A stretch of DNA of 64,000 nt from an uncultured virus (IMG/VR IMGVR_UViG_3300024503_000494) (taxonomy: Duplodnaviria > Heunggongvirae > Uroviricota > Caudoviricetes), in IMG/VR virus record IMGVR_UViG_3300024503_000494, positions 1-64,000 of that record. One strand, written 5' to 3'. Numbering within the stretch: position 1 is the stretch's first letter; each line of letters starts with the position of its first letter. Positions 58,076-64,000 of this stretch are shown piece by piece. The notes below the pieces were generated by a model. The model saw only the letters and a list, made by a program, of their open reading frames with translations. It was not told the origin of the DNA and ran no database searches. Made by a program: the position numbers and the translations under genes.

Positions 58076-58789
58076 ATGCGTTTACGTGAATTAGATGAAT
58101 CTTCAGATTTTGTTACCGTAAACTCAAAACTAAACCCTAAAATTTGGGCAAGTGACAAACTCAATCCAGAAGTTAGAAATAAATTAATTGAAATTGCACA
58201 CGCCTTTGAAGAATTTGTAGGCATTGATCTAGAAGTAGAAGATTACACAATCACCGGATCTAATGCTAATTATACTTGGACACAGTATTCAGATCTAGAT
58301 TTACACATTATCATCCCAGGCACAGCAACAGACGAACAACGTGAATTATTTTCCGCTAAAAAGGCACTTTGGGCAGAACAACACGACATCACTATCAAAG
58401 GCTTGCCCGTAGAATGCTACGTACAAGGCGCAGATGAACCACATCACTCAACAGGCGTTTTTTCTCTGTTAGATGATAAGTGGCTCGTAGAGCCCAAGAA
58501 GGTAAAACCTCAAGTAGACGATGCTGCAATTGAAGCCAAAAAAGATGCAATACTGCGTCAGATCGAACACGCATTATTGAGCAAGGATATCGATAAGTTA
58601 CGCACAGTAAAAGATAAAGTTACACAGATGCGCAAGAGCGGATTGGAACGTGCGGGCGAGTGGTCAGTAGAAAATCTTGTATTCAAAATACTTCGTAACC
58701 TTGGACTTATCGACGAGCTCACTGACAAAATTAGAGAATTGGAAGATCAAGAACTTTCTCTAGAACAGGCTATACAACCGCTTGACTAA
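58076..58789 (+). CDS. Pol-beta-superfamily nucleotidyltransferase
   Basis: TGSNANY.W..YSDLDLHI (GS + DxD), PVECY third acid. Confidence 0.8.
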   Translation: MRLRELDESSDFVTVNSKLNPKIWASDKLNPEVRNKLIEIAHAFEEFVGIDLEVEDYTITGSNANYTWTQYSDLDLHIIIPGTATDEQRELFSAKKALWAEQHDITIKGLPVECYVQGADEPHHSTGVFSLLDDKWLVEPKKVKPQVDDAAIEAKKDAILRQIEHALLSKDIDKLRTVKDKVTQMRKSGLERAGEWSVENLVFKILRNLGLIDELTDKIRELEDQELSLEQAIQPLD

Positions 58790-58810
58790 TGACATTTTTT
58801 GTCTTATAAT
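58782..58810 (+). promoter_or_regulatory. Sigma70-type promoter followed by TAAATA
   Basis: TTGACT-N17-TATAAT then ATAAATA. Confidence 0.7.
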
Positions 58811-58838
58811 ATAAATACGCATATTATGGGGCACAAAA

Positions 58839-59276
58839 ATGTTACACATCATCCAAGACTTATCAGATAATCTACTTAATTTAATCAAAGACGATCCTGT
58901 TCGTCCTGAAATTCCCGTTGAACAAAGAGTTAATCAAAACTCAAAAATCTTTGTTCTTCGCGACGAAACCACACAAGAACCTCTGGCAGTGACCTGCGTA
59001 AAGTTCTTAGAAAAAATTCCTAGTTCTGTGAACGATCTAGCCGAAGCTGCAATTAACACAAATACCGCAGTATTCTATACTATTTGGTCATATGCTGCTG
59101 GTGCAGGCCGTACTCTAATCGAACAGGCTCAAGAGCACATTAAAAAGGAACACCCTGAAGTGGAAACCTATGTTACTCTAAGTCCTAAGACAGAAATGGC
59201 CAAGAGATTTCACTTGAAAAACGGTGCTGAGATTCATAGAGAAAACGAAGATAGTGTAAACTACCTATACCACTAA
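58839..59276 (+). CDS. GNAT-fold protein resembling malonyl-CoA decarboxylase catalytic domain
   Basis: EPLAV, TAVFYTI, GAGRTLI, YVTLSP, FHLKNGA. Confidence 0.6.
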   Translation: MLHIIQDLSDNLLNLIKDDPVRPEIPVEQRVNQNSKIFVLRDETTQEPLAVTCVKFLEKIPSSVNDLAEAAINTNTAVFYTIWSYAAGAGRTLIEQAQEHIKKEHPEVETYVTLSPKTEMAKRFHLKNGAEIHRENEDSVNYLYH

Positions 59277-60196
59277 CCAGCGTGGTATCCTCTAGACTGC
59301 ATAACTTTTTCTACCCCAGACCGCTTTTTCCAAGGCAGGTTCCATTTTGAAGTCTGTATTTCTTTGATAAAGAATTCTACGGCCTGGGGATTCAATTCAC
59401 CTTCGACAAGATCCTGGTCAGACAGCCAATCTGGACCAATCAGCTCTGTATGAAATCCTGAGGTAAGATCCAAGGGTTGACCTTTGACCAAGGTGTCTAG
59501 AATCTTTTTAACTAGGACATCGTGATTGCACAGGCACATATGATTGTATCTACAGTCTCCGCCCTGGAAATATCCCGAGTGTCCTTGGTCCAGCATTTCA
59601 TCTAGTTTTTTCTTATCCTTGTATTCGCCCCATTGAATAAAAGATAAATTTCCCTGAGCAAACAACAGATGTTCATATTGATCGCAGCCAACTAGGTCCA
59701 TATCAAAGCCCGGAATAACTAGAGCACGATTTAGACCTCTTCTGGCAATTTCGTAGGCAATGAGTCCTAGGCGCGATCGCATTGCTAGACTATCAATGTG
59801 TGGTCTTTGTATGTGCTTGATAAACAGTTCAATGGCCTTGGCCTGTTCTGAAGATATGTGTTGATCAAGATCCATGATATTCCAGTTACTGATCGTAGGT
59901 TCATCTTCAAAGTACCAAAATCTTGCTGGACTGGTTAGAATAAAGATCACAATGTCATTGGGATCTATTAAATGAACAACTTTTAGGAATTCATTTAGGG
60001 CCCAGTCCTGTGCAGAACCTACCAATGAATTATTGCGTAACTGTATTACTTCACCTAGCTCAGTGGCCAAGGCGTGACTCAGTTGACGTGTCCATACGCG
60101 AATAGGATCGCGATCGGGCCACAGCGCAGACCAGCTATCACCAAATATCCATAGTCTGCGAGGATCTTTTTTAGCTTCTGGGTGTGTATGATTCAA
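59273..60196 (-). CDS. SGNH/GDSL-like hydrolase (start uncertain)
   Basis: WIFGDSWS, GSAQD, D.RYNH. Confidence 0.6.
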   Translation of the reverse strand: MNHTHPEAKKDPRRLWIFGDSWSALWPDRDPIRVWTRQLSHALATELGEVIQLRNNSLVGSAQDWALNEFLKVVHLIDPNDIVIFILTSPARFWYFEDEPTISNWNIMDLDQHISSEQAKAIELFIKHIQRPHIDSLAMRSRLGLIAYEIARRGLNRALVIPGFDMDLVGCDQYEHLLFAQGNLSFIQWGEYKDKKKLDEMLDQGHSGYFQGGDCRYNHMCLCNHDVLVKKILDTLVKGQPLDLTSGFHTELIGPDWLSDQDLVEGELNPQAVEFFIKEIQTSKWNLPWKKRSGVEKVMQSRGYHAG

Positions 60197-60344
60197 CTTC
60201 TGCCTTCCATTGATCCAGCGTTCGCTGCTCTTGTTGAACAGCAAAATCTTGGGCCAATCTCCAGGCAAGGTCTTCGTTGGTGATTAGACGGCCGTCGATC
60301 TGCTGTCTTTCTATTCTAATGCGTGTTTTTAAATTTCGGGCCAT
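60171..60344 (-). CDS. Hypothetical protein
   Basis: MARNLKTR..., upstream TAAATA. Confidence 0.5.
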   Translation of the reverse strand: MARNLKTRIRIERQQIDGRLITNEDLAWRLAQDFAVQQEQRTLDQWKAEVESYTPRS

Positions 60345-60386
60345 TACTCTATATGCTATCACGGGTCGTCTCCTGTAATAGTATAT

Positions 60387-60974
60387 TTATACCCTTGTGG
60401 TTGTGTAATTGAAGATCACACAGATACGCTGTTGATGTTCTTGAGGACGTCCAGTCCAGCGCCAGTGTGTGCCGTCAAAGTCGTACCAAGTACCACCACG
60501 GGGTTCTAGACGATGCACAATGTTCTCCAAATTCTGGGGTAATTCCCAGTCCTGCATCCAAGAACGTTCACGAAGAATGTCTGTGGTGCCGTCGGAATCC
60601 ATGGGGAAATAAATGCCAGTTTGATGTGGGCCTGTGATGTCAATGTGCGGTTGGCTATTGCCACGATCTCCGGGTAGAGAATTAACTACTCTTATTTTAA
60701 AAATTCTACTTAGGTTTTTGCCCTGATGATCCAAGGCTCGGAATAGGATCATTTGACAGATGTCCATTAGTTCTTCGTTGATCACGGTGTCGTTGTCATA
60801 GACCACATTGGTATATTGGTGCCAGTCGTATCTGCGAATATCTCGGGCCATTTCTGGAGGAAAAAATCCCCAATTAGTCAATGGGTTGCCGATGCGTTCA
60901 GCTAGCCAGCCCCGGACCTGACCCTCAAAAAGGTCATCAATTTGAGTCAGTTTAGGCAACAGTTCTTCAGTCAT
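60387..60974 (-). CDS. 2OG-Fe(II) oxygenase-like protein
   Basis: PHID...H.TGIY...SDG.T, FDG, R.CVIFN; TAAGTA and AGGAG upstream. Confidence 0.65.
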   Translation of the reverse strand: MTEELLPKLTQIDDLFEGQVRGWLAERIGNPLTNWGFFPPEMARDIRRYDWHQYTNVVYDNDTVINEELMDICQMILFRALDHQGKNLSRIFKIRVVNSLPGDRGNSQPHIDITGPHQTGIYFPMDSDGTTDILRERSWMQDWELPQNLENIVHRLEPRGGTWYDFDGTHWRWTGRPQEHQQRICVIFNYTTTRV

Positions 60975-61030
60975 AGTATCTCCTTGTCACATACTTATCC
61001 CATAAACTGGTCAGTGAATTAAATATTGAT

Positions 61031-61654
61031 ATGCAGACCCTAGGCTTATTTTCCGAACCCGTGACTCGCCAACAGATTTGGCCCGGAACCTGGCAACAGC
61101 AGCTTGATCAGATTCCCTGTGAATATCAGACCAATCACTGTTACTCCCTGTCCCAGAGAGTTTTGGACACAGTTCCAGATCTACACCAAATAATTGAACA
61201 AAGGGTTCAACAGTGGGCTGAACAGGTTCTGGGCATCACGGATACACTCTACATCACAGAAAGTTGGATCAATGTCTATAATACCGGCGACTCCATACAT
61301 CAGCACAGCCACCCTAATTCCATAGTGTCGGGAACTTGGTATTGGTCAACACCCGAAACAGAGATTAGATTTCACAAACAGGGCTTAAACTCATCTACAC
61401 ACTGGACTATGAAACTGGATCAAAGGCCCACAGCCTGGTCACAGACAGAAGTCATACTGCCCGTAGAACAAGGTGATCTACTCCTATGGCCCAGTTATCT
61501 ACAGCACTCAACCACAGCACACACCAGCGAAGAACCAAGAAAAACTCTGAGCTTTAATGCAATGCCTAGATCTTGGGGAAGTAATTTCTATAGAGTCGGC
61601 GAAGCCGCAGCGCAAATTCCTGAGCGCGAAGCGCAGCAGCGCAAGATTTTTTAG
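61031..61654 (+). CDS. 2OG-Fe(II) oxygenase (TIGR02466-like)
   Basis: SWINVY, HSHPNS.VSG.WY, GDLLLWPSYLQH, R.TLSFN. Confidence 0.85.
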   Translation: MQTLGLFSEPVTRQQIWPGTWQQQLDQIPCEYQTNHCYSLSQRVLDTVPDLHQIIEQRVQQWAEQVLGITDTLYITESWINVYNTGDSIHQHSHPNSIVSGTWYWSTPETEIRFHKQGLNSSTHWTMKLDQRPTAWSQTEVILPVEQGDLLLWPSYLQHSTTAHTSEEPRKTLSFNAMPRSWGSNFYRVGEAAAQIPEREAQQRKIF

Positions 61655-61686
61655 AAGAATTATCTGCGCATATATCCGCAGAAGCC

Positions 61687-61950
61687 CTATCTACAAGAGA
61701 ATTTAGTCAGTAAATCTTGATCAAAGTCTTCGAACAGAGTGCGCATTATACGCGAGTGTTCAGGATACTGTAGAAGCCATTGTGTGGCCAATTTTGGCAC
61801 TCCAAAAAGCAGCCAGTAGTCTGTGGGAATAGCAGAGTTATAGGCATCAGTGTGAGCATAACTACGAGGCCAATAGTGTACTGAGTCGCGCCAAGAATTA
61901 AGTAAGGTAATCTGCGACTGGCGAAATGGCTCTAGGTACACAAGTAGCAT
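61687..61950 (-). CDS. Hypothetical protein
   Basis: 87 aa, TAAATA 8 nt upstream. Confidence 0.5.
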   Translation of the reverse strand: MLLVYLEPFRQSQITLLNSWRDSVHYWPRSYAHTDAYNSAIPTDYWLLFGVPKLATQWLLQYPEHSRIMRTLFEDFDQDLLTKFSCR

Positions 61951-62012
61951 TACACTAGTATTTACATCAAACCCTTATATCTATGTGAGATCCCAAGGGC
62001 AGTTTGCGTCGT

Positions 62013-62213
62013 TTAAGCCACTGATGTTGATGAGTTATGAATCTGTGCATTGGCGAGACTGAACTTGTGTATAACAGGATCTATGACAAACTCTAGAGTC
62101 TGCTTATGAGCTAGAATGGGATCCGGTTTAAATGACAGATCTAGAGTGGATACATACTGCGCCGTAAACTCAAAGGTTCGGCGCCAATCGGGGTGGGGAC
62201 TAAATGTCTGCAT
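62013..62213 (-). CDS. Hypothetical protein
   Basis: 66 aa in minus-strand string. Confidence 0.45.
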   Translation of the reverse strand: MQTFSPHPDWRRTFEFTAQYVSTLDLSFKPDPILAHKQTLEFVIDPVIHKFSLANAQIHNSSTSVA

Positions 62214-62216
62214 ACA

Positions 62217-62402
62217 CTATATATCATCTAGAACACGAAACACTGAAGTAAACCGTAGTAAAAACTCAGTTAATATAGGACTGGAATCAATCCATACACG
62301 AGTACGATTTAAGTGGATTTCGTGACGGAGACTGTGTTGCTCTATAAAAGCAAAGAATTCTCTAAGCTGGGGATCAGAGTTTAGGAGTGCGTACTGTGGC
62401 AT
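62217..62402 (-). CDS. Hypothetical protein
   Basis: 61 aa, E.HLNRTR.W. Confidence 0.55.
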   Translation of the reverse strand: MPQYALLNSDPQLREFFAFIEQHSLRHEIHLNRTRVWIDSSPILTEFLLRFTSVFRVLDDI

Positions 62403-62881
62403 ATAACTAGATTGTTAGTAACAGAGCCAAGAGTAAAGTACTGACTAAGCTGACTTAGCCACCATTCTAGGGGTTCTTGTATAAGATGAAGATTTTGTCC
62501 GTTAGGGAATGAACTACGTGCAGGCACTGACGATATGTTAACATAGGCTACTTTTAGAGTCAAAGACTGTAGATGTGCCAAGACTGAGTGAATACACTGA
62601 GGTTCTATGTGCTCTAAGACATCTACGCAGACTACGAGATCTCTAGGTTGTGGCAGAGTAGAATAAGCTGGGATTCCGGGATCATAGTTATCCACAGGGA
62701 CTAGATCGCCGATTTTTTTACTGAGCAGAGCTTGTCCACAGCCGTAGTCCAAGATGTGCGCACAGGAGTATTGATGATAAAGCTCTAAGATATGTTCAGA
62801 GTAACGATGACCAACATCGCCCCAGGGTCTGCGCAGATGTTCTTGAACCAGCATCTGTTGATATTTGGGTGTATAAAGCAT
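62381..62881 (-). CDS. Class I SAM-dependent methyltransferase
   Basis: ILDYGCGQ, YDPG, DLVVCVDVLEHIEP, NLHL. Confidence 0.85.
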   Translation of the reverse strand: MLYTPKYQQMLVQEHLRRPWGDVGHRYSEHILELYHQYSCAHILDYGCGQALLSKKIGDLVPVDNYDPGIPAYSTLPQPRDLVVCVDVLEHIEPQCIHSVLAHLQSLTLKVAYVNISSVPARSSFPNGQNLHLIQEPLEWWLSQLSQYFTLGSVTNNLVICHSTHS

Positions 62882-63043
62882 AGACTAGTATATACTAAGA
62901 AAAGGGTTTTAGAGGTCAAAAATTTGGCCGCGCAAAAAATTTGGGTGGAGTACTTTTCATTTCAGGGTGGTGATTTTAGACCCCATACCGCTAGTAAAAC
63001 TACTACTATAGTATACACACTATACCGGCCACCCCCCACCACC

Positions 63044-63244
63044 TCAGCACCGGTCGGTCATCTCCGGTGTCCTCAGTTCAGGTCTAACCTGACCTCCACA
63101 GCGTCGAAGAGCCTCGCCAGGTTGATTGGGAATCTGATCAAACTTCTGATGATAGGGCCGTGACCAAGCTGCGTCTCTACGATCGTAGGCTGTACAGGCA
63201 GCTAGATTAGCTAGAGCTAAGGCTACGAATAAGCGCACGAACAT
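63044..63244 (-). CDS. Small lipoprotein
   Basis: Hydrophobic leader ending in lipobox LAAC. Confidence 0.65.
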   Translation of the reverse strand: MFVRLFVALALANLAACTAYDRRDAAWSRPYHQKFDQIPNQPGEALRRCGGQVRPELRTPEMTDRC

Positions 63245-63434
63245 CTTCAGTGATCTCCATATGTTGATCCATCACAGCAGCGATCATTAGATCGTGTATG
63301 ACTACAGCATCCTTTTGATATGCGGGGGGCAGGTTCCGTATAAGCCGCTCAACATCTGCTTGCGATTCACAGCTCCAGATCATGTCTGCGATCTGATGTT
63401 GTTGACGATTAAGTCCGTGTAGTTCTATAGTCAT
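63207..63434 (-). CDS. Hypothetical protein
   Basis: 75 aa, coupled. Confidence 0.6.
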   Translation of the reverse strand: MTIELHGLNRQQHQIADMIWSCESQADVERLIRNLPPAYQKDAVVIHDLMIAAVMDQHMEITEDVRALIRSLSSS

Positions 63435-63613
63435 TGCTGAGCCCTCTGGATCATAAGTGTACCTGCATACATTGCACCTAGTCCAGTTACTGCAACAGCT
63501 AGGGCCTGTAGCAGCTCTGTGTTGGTGATGCTATTCTCTACACCACCTGTGCCCAACATAGTGATCACAAGTCCTACTATGACGACAAACATTCCCTGAC
63601 CTTCTGTAACCAT
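63431..63613 (-). CDS. Small two-TM membrane protein
   Basis: Two hydrophobic segments; AGGAG RBS. Confidence 0.65.
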   Translation of the reverse strand: MVTEGQGMFVVIVGLVITMLGTGGVENSITNTELLQALAVAVTGLGAMYAGTLMIQRAQQ

Positions 63614-63645
63614 TTTCAGCTCCTAGTTGTTTAGTGTATGTGTAT

Positions 63646-63674
63646 ATTATACGATCGAACTGGCCGTTTGTCAA
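63646..63674 (-). promoter_or_regulatory. Consensus sigma70 early promoter
   Basis: TTGACA-N17-TATAAT on minus strand. Confidence 0.9.
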
Positions 63675-63679
63675 CCAAT

Positions 63680-63916
63680 TTAGGCCACTTCTTTGAACAC
63701 ACGATAGCCACGGCCCTGAAGCACACGGATCGCGGCCTGTACTTCTTGATAGTTCTTTTCTTCCCAATCCAACATCTCTTTGGCGCCTTTGATGGTGTCT
63801 TCATCGCAGGTGTTACCTGTGGCAAAGTGACGGTAGAAGTAGTAGCGGCCTTCGTCACCCTCGACTGCCTGGATAGAGCCGATGTTCTTGTAGAGTTGAA
63901 CTTCGTTGTGTTTCAT
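63680..63916 (-). CDS. Hypothetical early protein
   Basis: 78 aa, GGGAG RBS. Confidence 0.65.
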   Translation of the reverse strand: MKHNEVQLYKNIGSIQAVEGDEGRYYFYRHFATGNTCDEDTIKGAKEMLDWEEKNYQEVQAAIRVLQGRGYRVFKEVA

Positions 63917-63945
63917 TTGCGCTCCCTATTTGTTAATATGCGTGT

Positions 63946-63974
63946 ATTATACGATCTTTTGGAAGACCTGTCAA
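63946..63974 (-). promoter_or_regulatory. Consensus sigma70 early promoter
   Basis: TTGACA-N17-TATAAT on minus strand. Confidence 0.9.
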
Positions 63975-64000
63975 CCTCTAGGGTTATTGCGCACAAACTG

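Noticed and set aside
58076..59276. NTase plus GNAT as CBASS or toxin-antitoxin pair
   Set aside because: Separate promoters, no recognisable effector or antitoxin
62792..63163. 123-aa plus-strand ORF
   Set aside because: Overlaps two better-supported minus-strand genes and low-complexity DNA
1..64000. Stop-codon reassignment
   Set aside because: Core genes are full length and densely packed under the standard code
1..64000. tRNA, CRISPR array, group I/II intron, intein or DGR
   Set aside because: No cloverleaf, repeat-spacer array, RT gene or interrupted core gene recognised by eye; a covariance-model scan was not run

Overview
64 kb segment of a large, AT-rich, distantly T4-like myovirus (contractile-tailed dsDNA phage) using the standard genetic code. 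No rRNA, tRNA, CRISPR or IS element was seen. Left to right: tandem Cys/Gly-rich fibre-like paralogs with a chaperone, a GT9-like glycosyltransferase and a full carbamoyltransferase (1-5.9 kb); a 2151-aa virion protein, neck/tail genes (gp15, gp14, gp13, sheath, tube), dNMP kinase, head completion and terminase (6-32 kb); three small secreted proteins; gp32, UvsX, UvsY; a 13-gene nucleotide-sugar/glycosyltransferase island (36.2-45.9 kb) between uvsY and uvsW; a replication block with a gp62-like protein, a frameshifted Zn-finger gene, a 192-aa miniature DnaE, primase, a half-carbamoyltransferase with a micro-ORF and a 2OG oxygenase, and a gp41/DnaB helicase; then a nucleotidyltransferase, an MCD-like GNAT, an SGNH protein, oxygenases, a methyltransferase and small early genes behind perfect sigma70 promoters. 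A TAAATA late-type promoter recurs 5 nt before many ATGs. All calls come from motif recognition by eye; no database searches were run.
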